From the human T2T-CHM13v2.0 reference genome, Homo sapiens: a DNA stretch of 64,000 bases. The notes below the pieces were generated by a model. It ran no database searches and was not told the DNA's origin. It saw only the letters and a list, made by a program, of their open reading frames with translations. Shown here piece by piece: positions 53,114 to 64,000 of the stretch; position 1 is the stretch's first letter, and each line of letters begins with the position of its first letter. The stretch is from the NCBI RefSeq assembly GCF_009914755.1, contig NC_060931.1; one strand, written 5' to 3'. A program made the translations under genes and the position numbers.

Positions 53114-53399
53114 CTACCCACCTGGGCTTTGAAACTGAGCTTTCAAAAGAATTTTATCTTCTCTCTGCTCTATTATCCACTACCTTGAACCTTGTTCTTT
53201 CAACTGACTCCTGTTTCTGAATGCAATATAAATAAGAAACTCCCACAATAAAATATAAATATACAATTTTTCCATCACATGCCCATTTTTAATTGTCTTT
53301 CATAATTAGTGACTCAAAAATCTTTATCTTTTGCTCAGATTAAGCTAACTCAATTATAATTTATTTGATGATCAATATGTCAGATAGTTTTACTTGATG

Positions 53400-55530
53400 G
53401 CTCTCTCACTTTCCACTTCAAAATAAACACTAATTTCAGTGTAATCAGCTTTCTCAGTATCTTCTGAATCTGTATACTTCTTTCTCTCTCCATATTGTAA
53501 CTTAATCTAGAGTAGCATCATTTCTCACATGCACAATGGTAATTTTTCAATTATACTAACATACTTGAATCTGTACTCACGTACATCTTCCCTCTTGTTA
53601 CAGTGAAAGAATTTGTCTATGCTTCTCCCTAACACTAAACTGTCTTACAGTGAAAGAATTTGTCTATGCTTCTCCCTAACACTAAACTGTCTTACAATAG
53701 ATCCCATCCCTCAAGTTACTAAAGGTCTTTGATCATTTTTATCTCTTGCATTATCAATTTTTCCCTTTTGTTGATTTCCATCAACATACAAACCTGCTCT
53801 ATTATGATCCTTCTTAAAAACTAAAAACTTTCCATTGATCCCACATAACCCTGCAATTATACTGTCTCAAGTCTCTTATGTTTAGAACAAAACTCCTTGC
53901 CTTTATTAGCCCTTTTTCCATTCTCTCATCCTCCTTTTTTCTTATTTTCTCTGGAACCTACTTCAGTTAGACTCTTGCTTCTATCACATCTTCAAACCGC
54001 TATGGTCAAGGTAGCATGTAATCTATAAATTAAAAATGAATGGTCTCTCCTCAGTCCTTTCTTCCTCCATTTACCAATAGCATTTAGTACAATGATTTGC
54101 TCTTTTCTTTTTGAATTATATTCTTCATTTGATTGGTGGACTACATGGTTCTCTTCCTACCAATAATACTAGCTAGCTACTCCTCATCCTCCTTTGCCCA
54201 GATGCTCCTTTTTGTTCCAAACACCAAATGTTAGAGTGCCACAGGACATAGTTCTTCCATTCATCTTCTCAATGTGCCCTCATTCCCAAAGAAAATGATC
54301 CATATCCATGGTTTAAAATAACATTCATATGTTGATGGTTCCCAAATCTATATTTCCAACCCATATGTCTCCTCCAAATACAATCTCATAAATTCATTTC
54401 CCTATTCACAATCTCCACTTGGATGCCTATTTGGCATCTCAAACTTAACACAGCCACAACAGAACACATGCTATCACCACCTCCCTTCAACACAGGTCTC
54501 TTCACCATCTTGGGGAATAACAACTCTGTTTTTCCAATTGCTCAGGCCAAAAATCTTGAAGTTGATTTTTACATATCTCATTTGGTCATATTAAAGCCAG
54601 CATCAAATCCTGTCATATCTGCATTCTAAGAATATCCTGAAATGAACCCTCCTCCATCCTCCACCATCACGACAATCCTCGTCCAAGCAGTTGCCAACAC
54701 CTCTTTTCTGGGTAATGCTTTAGTTCTCTAACTGGCCTTTCTGCATCTCATCTACATAGTTGATTTTCTATAAGGATGAATTATCCTTTGAAAATGATAT
54801 AGATTATGTCATTCCTCCACTCAAACTCTCCATCTCAGTCCAAATAAAAGCCAAAGCCCTTACAGAGACTGAGGGAACACTGTATGATGTAACTCCCAAC
54901 CCATTCTCTTGTCTCTAAACATTCACTTGAGCGATCTTTCTGAATGAAAACCTGTGGGTGTCATTCCATTGCTTTGAATCTTCCACTGACATCTCCCCAT
55001 TGCTTTGAGAATAAGCCCAGATTCCATAGAAAAAAACATTCAGTACTCTTCATTGTGAAGCTCCTGCTTACTGCCATATTTTTGATTCCTACCATTTTCT
55101 TTTGCAAGAGCACCCTACTCTGCAGCCTAATTGAATTTCTTGTTTATTCTTGGTTGAATTATATACTCCTATCTCTGTTTTGTTGCATAAGCTGTTCCTT
55201 CAGCTTCAGATAACCCCCACCTAGAATTCCCCTTTACCACCCACCCAAACTTCCCTTTCTTTGATTGAATAAGCATTTCCTTTGACTCCCTTCAATGATT
55301 AACAACTTCTTTTTTCCTCTAGACTGTGCTGTAGTAAAATTTTGTATATAGGGTTTATATTTGTTACATCTCTTCTATCACATTGTATTCAATTTGTTAG
55401 TCTATTTCACCATCTCCCTTTTTGAACAATAAGGGCTTCAGCAATAAAAGCTGTATCATATTTAAGTCCTCACCATTTAGCACAGTGCTTAGTATATGCA
55501 CAGTTTTCAAAAACATTGAATGATATTTTT
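53400..55530 (+). mobile_element. Long L2 remnant(s)
   Basis: atctccacttggatgcctatttggcatctcaaacttaaca, ccaattgctcaggccaaaaatcttgaagtt, gattatgtcattcctccactcaaa, tttagcacagtgcttagtata. Confidence 0.8.
53598..53696 (+). repeat. Perfect tandem duplication, 2 x 47 bp plus ttaca
   Basis: ttacagtgaaagaatttgtctatgcttctccctaacactaaactgtc twice. Confidence 0.97.
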
Positions 55531-55944
55531 AACCAATACAAAATGTAGGCATGGCATGTAAGATGAATGATATTCTTTGAAATTAAAACCATTTAACTAT
55601 TTTACCATTTAATTTGTCACCATGAAACCATTTAACCAAAATCAAATGAAAAGATAGGTGTCTAGAGAAAATGGAGGATAAGACGGCAATTTATGTTTTT
55701 TGTTGTTGCTGCTGTGGTTTTTAGTTCAGAAGAATCACAAGACAAGGTATTTATAAACTGAATTATTCTGATCACCACAAATTATTCCATTTAATATTTA
55801 AGAAGCTAAAATGTCTAAATAAAATATCCCAGGACACAATATAACTATCTTTGCTCTCTTTTCTGAGAATTTTTGCTCACCGAGTTACTACCTAATTTTC
55901 TATTATATTTTTCTTTACTTCAATGCATTCTAAAGCTACACATA

Positions 55945-56880
55945 ATAAAAACAAAGGAAAAGTCAAGCCATAGACAGAAAGAAAACATCTTCGAAACATA
56001 TATTTGATAAATGACTTATATTCAGAATATTATAAAGAACCCTTTTAATTCAATGATAAGAAGGAAAACAACCATAAAAAATGTTCAAAAGATTTGAATA
56101 GACTACACTGAAGAAGCTATATTGATGGCAAATTAGCAAATGACAACATGCTCAACAGTGTTAGCCATTAGGAAAATGCAAATTAAAGCTACAAGATACC
56201 ATGTAAAACCACTAGAATGATTCAAATACATTTTTTTTAAAACTGGTAGTGCCAAATGTTGGCGAAGATTTGGAGAAATTGGAAACCTCATACATGAGTG
56301 GTGGGAATGCAAAATTACATAGACACTTGGAAATTGAGTTTGGCAGTTTCTTTGAAAGTTAAACACACATTGGCCATGTGACCCAGCTAATCTACATCTG
56401 TGTATCTCTACTCAATAGAAATAAGAATATATGGTCCCCAAAGCTGTGTAAGTGAATTTTCATAACAACATTATTCATTATGACCAAAAACTGGAAACAC
56501 AACTAATGTCCATCTACCTGGTAGCAATAAAAACAAACTTCTGAAATATGCAATGACGTAGATGACCCTCAATGATAATAGGCCAAATGAATGAAACCAA
56601 ACACAGAAGAGTACCTATTGTAGGGTCCTGTTTACATAACATTTCTAGAAAAGGCAAACCATGAGAAAGATAAAGCAGATTCATGATTGTCCAGTGTTCA
56701 GGGTAGGAATGGGGATTGTTTGCAAATTGGCACTAGGGAGTTTTAGGGATGGTGGCAATGTTGTAAAACTGGATTGTGGTGATAGCTGCAGGGTGGTAAA
56801 ATTTCAGCAAAACTCATTGAAGTATACTTTAAACGGGTGAAATTTGTGATATGTAAATTATGCTTCAATATTGATGTTAA
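55945..56880 (+). mobile_element. L1ME/L1MB-type ORF2 end and 3' UTR
   Basis: ttagccattaggaaaatgcaaattaaag...tttggcagtttctttgaaagttaaaca...aaactggattgtggtgatagctgca...atgtaaattatgcttcaata. Confidence 0.85.
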
Positions 56881-57049
56881 ATATTAAATAATATTATTTT
56901 AATTATAATTTAAATAAGTTCTATGTTGGATGATAAATTCACTCATACATTAGGTTAATATAATTCAGTTTCACAAGCCACCATAACACCTATGTAATCG
57001 AATAAAATCAAGTACTGCAATCTTCAAAGCCAAAGAATGGGATCTAGAT

Positions 57050-57550
57050 TAGCATTATCCAGTAGAAATTCCTTCAATGATGAGTTTATATCCATGCTGT
57101 CTCATAGAGCAGCCACAAGTCATATGGGCCTCTGGAGAGGTTAAAATGTGGCTAATATAATTTAGTAACTGAATTTTTAAAATTGTATGTAATTTTAATT
57201 AATTTACATTTAAATATCTACATGCGGCTGAGCATGGTGGCTCACGCTTGTAATCCCAGCACTTTGGGAGGCCGAGGTGGGTGGATCACCTGAGGTCAGG
57301 AGTTCAGGATCAGCCTGGTCAACCCTGTCTCTACTAAAAACACAAAAATTATCTGGGTGGGGTGGACGCCTATAATCCCAGCTCCTCAGGAGGCTGAGGC
57401 AGGAGAATCACTTGAACCCCGGGAGGCAGAGGTTGCAGTGAGACAAGATCATGCCACTGCACTCCAGCCTGGGCAACAGAGCAAAACTCTGTCAATAAAT
57501 AAATAAATAAAAATCCACATGTGGCTAGGTGCTACTATATTGAATAGTAG
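57050..57550 (+). mobile_element. MER3 interrupted by an Alu
   Basis: tccagtagaaattccttcaatgatg...aaatgtggcta...actgaatttttaa...; resumes at ccacatgtggctaggtgctactatattg. Confidence 0.8.
57226..57513 (+). mobile_element. AluSx-like element with (TAAA)n tail
   Basis: ggctgagcatggtggctcacgc...gatcacctgaggtcagg. Degenerate TSD atctacatg/atccacatg. Confidence 0.95.
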
Positions 57551-58257
57551 ATCCAGTACTTTATGTGGGTAAGTCAGTCTGCACAGAACTAGGCTGCAGA
57601 GATCTTAGAAAAGACCAAGCTAGATAGTAATGAAATCAGATGATTTAGGTGCTATTCCCAGGTTCTGAGCCATACAAAAATCCCATCATCTGATAACATG
57701 GTATGTGCTGCCTTTACATTGGTGCCATAATGCTTTGAACTACTACTCTAGTCACTTTGGACATTACCGGAGATGTTTTGTTTGTTATGGTAATGAAATT
57801 GTATAGATTAGGTCAACTGTTATTATAGCATCGAGTGTCAGAATTTTTTTGGTCACCTCTCCATTCTGACTAAATGCAGGTGCCATCTACATTGTTTGCT
57901 TCATTTTATTGTTCAGTCCCTATCTGAGCACTACTTCCAAAACAATCATTCCTTTGATTTGTATGACACTTTCCCATACATAAAATACTTTTCATATTAA
58001 TTATCTTGCATGAGCTTTGTGACAACCTTGGGAAGTAGGAAGGCTTTGTATTGCTGCATAAATTTAATAGAAAACAAAAGTAACATTAGCAATTACCATT
58101 TATCGAAAAATTCCTTGACACCAAATACTTTATTAGAAACTTCATTCCTTACTTAGTCTCATAAACACATGTTTTATAGTTTAGTACTCTGAAGCTAAGT
58201 AACATTGTCCAAGATGAAACAGGAAAATAGTGGCAAAACAGGGTTTTTTTAGGGCAA

Positions 58258-58455
58258 TGTATATGTGAATATATATGAGTGTGTGTGTATACATATATAT
58301 GTACACATATATGTGTGTATATGTATATATGTACACATATATGTGTGTATACGTATATAGGTACACATATATGTGTATATACGTATATAGGTACACATAT
58401 ATGTGTATATACATATATGAATAAATATATTCATTGTATGTGTGTGAATATATAT
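58258..58455. repeat. Alternating purine-pyrimidine minisatellite, about four 30-bp units at 58301-58418
   Basis: gtacacatatatgtgt(g/a)tata(c/t)gtatata(t/g) repeated. Confidence 0.93.
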
Positions 58456-61400
58456 TTACTCCAGGGCCCACTATAAAGCATGGACTAATTTCTAGAGCTC
58501 TTTTAAAATTCCTAGTACCCTTTCCATTTTATCAGAACTAGAAAGCAGTTAGCTTTGACTTCTAGTAAAATCCGTTACATTTGGTGAGATTCAGGACAAG
58601 CCAAGGCAAAGCATCTCCTTCCAGGAGGTAACAATTAAAGAAAAGGTTTTATGGCGGAAAAGATTAAAATGGAGTATGTGGTGTCTTTTTAATCTGAGAT
58701 AGTGTTATTCCTGTTAATTCAAGGAAGTGACTCAACTTTCAGGTGTGGAAACCTTGGCTTCTTCACACAAAGTTATAGACAGCTGGAGCTCAAGAATAGA
58801 ATTGCTAAATTTACTAAATTGGCTAGAAATCTTCCAGAGTCTACTGAGAAATGTCTGTCTGTTTTGCCCAGGTCTGTCCTTGTTGGAGTGCTGTTAGGCA
58901 GAATGGCTGAGAAGAATGAACCAGGACACCAATGAACAGGGGGGAGAATGAAGAGTAGAAGCAGATCTCTTCTGACTTGGACATAAGGAGCTAGCCAGTG
59001 ACATAACACAGTCCTCCATTCCTTTGAAACCCAGAATATATCCACAATATTCAGTGAAACTAAAAGTGGATAGTGCTGAGGAGCTTTTAATATTTGTGGA
59101 AAGAGATAAGAGATTATTTGGATATGGTAGTTAGTGACAATCATGATGACAGATGTCTGTCTGCCTCAGTGTGGCTTTAGGTGATTGGGTTGTCCCTGTT
59201 AAAGAATCAGCATCTCCCAGCATTCTGTTCCCAATAGTACAAGATGGGAAATTCAGTAAGAACCCAGGACTAATCTCATGGAAAAACTCCTCCAGTTTGG
59301 ACATTTTCAACAACCACATCCACAAAAAAATTTTTCAAAACTTAGGAAAATTAGATCACATTATTTTACTCTATTAAGCATTCATCTGTATATCCATTAG
59401 TATTAGTACTATTAGACATTTGGTTATTATGTTCCATCTTCATCATTTAGGCTACATAGGATTAGAAATTCAATGAAGAAAATTTAAAAACACTTTTTGT
59501 ACTCGAGACTAGTATTTTAAAGTTTTATGTAACATATCAAGTTATTTTACCTCATTGTTAACAATTTTTCATTCTAATTTTTTTCCAAATTTTTGACATC
59601 TTGGAACCCTAGAGTTCCACAGTTGAAGGTGTAGATGACTTTCAAATTAAATAACAGTGATACAGGCAATTTTTAAACTTTTGATAAATTGGCATTTCAT
59701 GTAATTGAATCTGATCTCAATATCAAATATGTATTCCCTAAGAGAAATGGTGTAATTTGATGCATGTGGTTGTTTTATTTTTATAAAGAATTTAAATTAT
59801 TTATTCTTGGAAACATTTAACATTTCCTCTCAGTTCTTCATAATCCCTGGATCACAGGGTTTTGTGAAAACCCACTCATATTGAAGACAAGCTCCCTTTT
59901 AAGTAGTTCAAATGAATGCTAAACTTACTCCACAAGTGGTTATAATATATTCCAAAAAGACGTTGATTGCACTGAGCTGTAATTTTTGTCATTTGAGGGG
60001 AGTGGTTAAGACTGAATAAGTATGTAGCCATTTAATTGCCAAGAAAAATAGCCACCTACATTGTGAGTCTCTGTTCTCCCAGTTATCCGAGTGAATTAAC
60101 AACTAAAATAGTACTGGTAACTCATGGTAAAGCGGTTTTCAAAATTCTACGCCATGAACCATGTCTTGGCTACCAGCACAGCCCACAGACAGATAGGTAG
60201 TAAGGCTTCTATGGCTTTCTCCACCCAAGCAGTTGGTTCTACTGACCTGTTGAAAGGCTGGAAGTTATCCCTACTGCCTCTTTCACTATAATGGCTTCCC
60301 CCATCAAATACCATTTAAAATATAAGTACGTCACTTCGGTGAGGAACTAACTCAATTAACACCAAGTATATTATCAAATAAGTACAATCATAAACACATG
60401 TGGTAAGGTTATATGTTACACCACTCCTTGGAGGAGCTTACTATCTAGAGGAAAATAGGACCAGAAGGTAACCAGCAGGGAAGAAGTTAGAGTGATGGCA
60501 AAACTAGATTTAACAACACAGTTCTGGAAAGCTAAGATCTAAGAGTTTAAGCCAATAGCAGATTCTGGGACATGGAGAGAGAAAAGGAGAAAAGATAGGG
60601 CTGAAGCTAAAGGACATGAACGGCAATCAGTAATTCAATTAGTCAATGAAATATTTATTGCATTTAGTGCCTACCAATTTAGCACACTTGGTCTTAGATA
60701 TCTACAAAATTTGGACAAGTATGAGACTGTATCCACAGAGAATTTGGTTTATGACATAGCCTCAGGCTGGCTTCTTACAGATGAGACAAGGTTGTAATGA
60801 GTTTCTCATGATACATTCAATAATAAAACTCTTTGGATGGAATCCAAGGCAGATTTGCCCTTGCTGAATCACAGTTTGTCATTTGTTAGAGAGATGCTCC
60901 AGTGTGTTGCAAATGCACTGCTTGGTCACTCACAAATTCAACAGGTACCAACAAATTCAGGAGCCACTAAACTTGAACATGACTTTCAGTATTAGCACTT
61001 TTCTTAATGTTAACATTTTGTATATTGTAGAATTGTTTTACTGAAATACAAGTTACATTTTATCATCAGTTTTCATGATGCAATCAACTAATGTTTGAAA
61101 TTTGCTAATGTATTTATTTTAAATTCGTAAAACATTCTTCAGTACAGCATTTCATTTATGAGGATTCATAAGAAAAATGTATTTTAGTCTTACCCAGTGT
61201 AACTGACTTTCTTTTATTTTATTGATGTTATGGAACATTTTATAGGTTTTGTTCTCTTCTTTGCTTCCACTATTAGGTAACTCAGAAACAAATCATCTTC
61301 CTACTTGATGTGCAGGACTGTATGGCATGCATTTTTGTGCATTTACCTTGCACATAACTTTGTTTCTTATCCATAGAATTTTTTAATTTTTGTTGCAAGA

Positions 61401-62449
61401 GTTTTCTGTTTTATTTTTATCCTGATATATATTTTTATCTTGATATATCCTATTTTATCCTGATATATATGTCCTACAAATATAAATAAACATACACACA
61501 TAATATACACAATAGTTGACATTAATATAAGAAAAATATAAATACCAAGATTTATATTCAATATTATGGATTGTAAATTTGCTAGTAACTATCCGTTTAG
61601 CTATTGAGTGATTAAACTGTGTATAGGTATGCATGTACAAATACATACACATATACACATATATGCATATTCATAGATAAGTGATAGATTTGTTATATCA
61701 CTCATCTTTCTGAGAACAAGACAAGTAGTTCTTAATATTTTAAAATTTTATTACAAATAATACTACAGTGAATATCAATTGACAACTAGGTATAATGAAG
61801 CAATATAAAGGTGCTTCTCACTAGTTCAGTCATGTAAAGTTTTCTTAAGTGATTTGTGTACATACCAAACAAGAATGTTAAAGCAGCCTTCTTTTTTCAC
61901 ATTCGATGGTGAAGGTGGGATTTTCTTGCCATTATTTCTTATGTAAGACAAAAGGGCTTTTACTCCATAAATTTTACTTAGTTTCTCAACACATTTCATA
62001 TTAGTTAACGTTTTAAAAATGGAATAATAACTTTCATCACACAGCAAAATTTATTTTAAGGAAGGGAACTTCCAAACACACACAAAAAATATTTATTATA
62101 ACTTTATCCTTCTTATTCTAACCTGCAGACAATATCTGAAATAATAGAACAATCTCATAGAAAGATGAGATTTGGTATTTAAAGCTTTTATTTTTTTCTT
62201 CAGCCTATGGATATATTTGTTATATAAAGTTAATAGAGAAATATATAAAATATTTAATTATTATTAAAGTACTTCTTACAAATAATGTTGTGTCAATCAG
62301 GACAGACAAAATTATGTCTTGCTAATGAAGAACCCCCACGTCTCAATAATTTCAATCAAGTAGTTAATTTTTTTGTCCAATGTGGATCAACTGGAGTCAC
62401 TATTCATTGTAATTATTAAAGGCTTGAACTGGCTCAGGTTCCATCTGGA

Positions 62450-62740
62450 CCACAAACCACATACGGTTATCAAACACTTGAAATGTGGCTAGTTGGAACT
62501 GAGATGTACCCTAAATGTAAAATAGCAGATATCAATGAGTTATCACCAAAAAATAAATAAAAGTATTCAATTAATAATTATTAATTGATTACATGTTGAA
62601 ATGATAATATTTGAGAAATATTAGTGAAGTATAATATATTATTAAAATTAATGTCAAATTTTTCTTTTCTTTTTTAAATGTAGATACTAGAAAATTTTAA
62701 ATTACCTAAGTGGTTTATATTATATGTCAACTGAGCAGTG
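62450..62740 (+). mobile_element. MER33 (hAT-Charlie)
   Basis: cacttgaaatgtggctagttggaactgagatgt...ttgattacatgttgaaatgataatattt...tactagaaaattttaaattac. Confidence 0.85.
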
Positions 62741-62969
62741 ATTGTTCAGATACCACTTGCACAAACTCCGAGGCAGGAGGAAGAGAATGCAGCAAATCAT
62801 GCACTAACATTTCTACTAGGAAACAACAACACTCACTATTTCCAATTACATTGCAATGGTAAAAGAGACTCATAAAATCATGCATAATTTCAAGGGGTTC
62901 AAAGTACAGAGAAATACAGACCTGCTCTGTGTTTAGAAGGCAAGTAACTTTGAACATGACTTCAACATG

Positions 62970-63281
62970 CAGTCATCCCTAGATATTCATGGGGGATTTG
63001 TTCCAGGACCCCTATCGGATACCAAAATCCTCAGATGCTCAAGTCCCTTATATAAAATGGTGAAGTATTTGCATATAACCTATGCACATATACCTTAAAT
63101 CATCTTTAGATTATTTATACTATCTAGTACAACATAAATGCTATGTAAATAGTTGTTACATTATATTGTCTTTGTATTATTTGTTATTGTTGCATTGTTA
63201 TTTTACTCTTTTATTCAAATATTTTCAATCCATGTTGGTTGAATTCATAGTTTTAGAACCCAACATGGAAAGCTGACTGTA
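62970..63281 (+). mobile_element. MER2 (TcMar-Tigger)
   Basis: cagtcatccct...gggggatttgttccaggacccc...gatgctcaagtcccttatataaaatgg...gctgactgta. Confidence 0.9.
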
Positions 63282-63345
63282 TACTCTCATGACTACAATA
63301 TATATCCTTAATCTGTTCATACAATTTTATAAGCATATTGACATC

Positions 63346-63581
63346 TTTTTAATTTTTTTTTCTTCTTTTAAACTTTTATTTTAGGTTTGAGGGTACATGT
63401 GAAGGTTTGTTACATAAACATGTGTCATGGGAGTTTGTTGTACATATTATGACATCACCCAAGTATTAAGCTCAGTACTCAATAGTTATTTTCTGCTCCT
63501 CTCCCCCCTCCATCTCCCTCCCCCTCCTAAAATAGACCCCAGTGTCTGTTGTTTTCTTCTTGTGTTTGTAAATTCTTATCA
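63346..63581 (-). mobile_element. Older L1PA (about PA13-16) 3' end
   Basis: aacttttattttaggtttgagggtacatgtgaaggtttgttacata...catcacccaagtattaagc...gaccccagtgtctgttg. Confidence 0.88.
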
Positions 63582-64000
63582 AAAAATATGTTTTAAAATT
63601 TCATTTTAATTACTTCAGTGCTTACCACAATATTCCTATCCTTGATTTCCTAGCTTTGATTTATATACTACCAGCAAAATAGAATACTTCTTTGAATAAT
63701 CTCATGAATAACAGCATATAGATGGTTCTTACAGGAGAATGGGGACACCAAAAAGGATTTTGTTAATGTTTCTGAAAAATAAGGTGCAGAGGAAGAGGAG
63801 AAACATGAGAGACAAAGAGAAAAGAAATATAAAGTTCTAAAATCCCTTAAGGAAAGAAGATAGCAAAACCTAGGCTTTTGGAGAGAGGTTACTCATCAAA
63901 GTATTCTTCAAAAGAGAAAGAGAGAACAAACTTAAGAATTCTGATTAGCATAATGTTCTATCTCACTACATTAGTAACGTGATGTTCTCCTTTGATGATT

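Larger units (their letters stand above)
62290..63297 (-). mobile_element. Old MLT1 (J/K/L-like) LTR carrying two nested DNA transposons
   Basis: tcaatcaggacagacaaaattatg...aacccccacgtctcaat; later aagagaatgcagcaaatcatgcacta...taatttcaagggg...catgactaca. Confidence 0.55.

Noticed and set aside
58181-58476. Y/I/H/T-rich repetitive ORFs on both strands
   Set aside because: Translation of the TA/CA minisatellite, which lacks stop codons by composition.

Overview
AT-rich, gene-poor primate (human-like) genomic DNA, roughly half of it interspersed repeats: Alu (S and Y types), L1 of many ages (including a 3.2-kb 5'-truncated L1PA3-like copy with a broken ORF2), L2, L3/CR1, MIR, MaLR LTR elements (a complete THE1A provirus with a 5-bp TSD, MLT1 and MST LTRs) and DNA transposons (Charlie1, MER3, MER33, MER2, Tigger3, MADE1). 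I see no intact protein-coding gene, RNA gene or CRISPR array, and I cannot name the locus. Nearly all ORF-track entries are repeat-derived or chance. The best leads are: (i) minus-strand exon/intron-like signals and stop-depleted frames at about 1.9-3.6 kb and 13.8-16.1 kb that could be a decayed multi-exon gene, with a CpG-retaining L1M 5'UTR/Alu promoter-like region upstream on the same strand at about 21.3-22.0 kb; (ii) unusual retrotransposition products (Alu plus L1 tail inside one TSD, an L1PB 3' transduction, a 150-bp twin-primed L1, an AluY splitting a MADE1 hairpin); (iii) a dense bZIP/E-box/octamer motif cluster at 14.9 kb; (iv) several recent tandem duplications, one of which doubles an octamer and a CCAAT box. 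Repeat subfamily names come from my recall of consensus sequences, not from a RepeatMasker run, and boundaries of old repeats are approximate.
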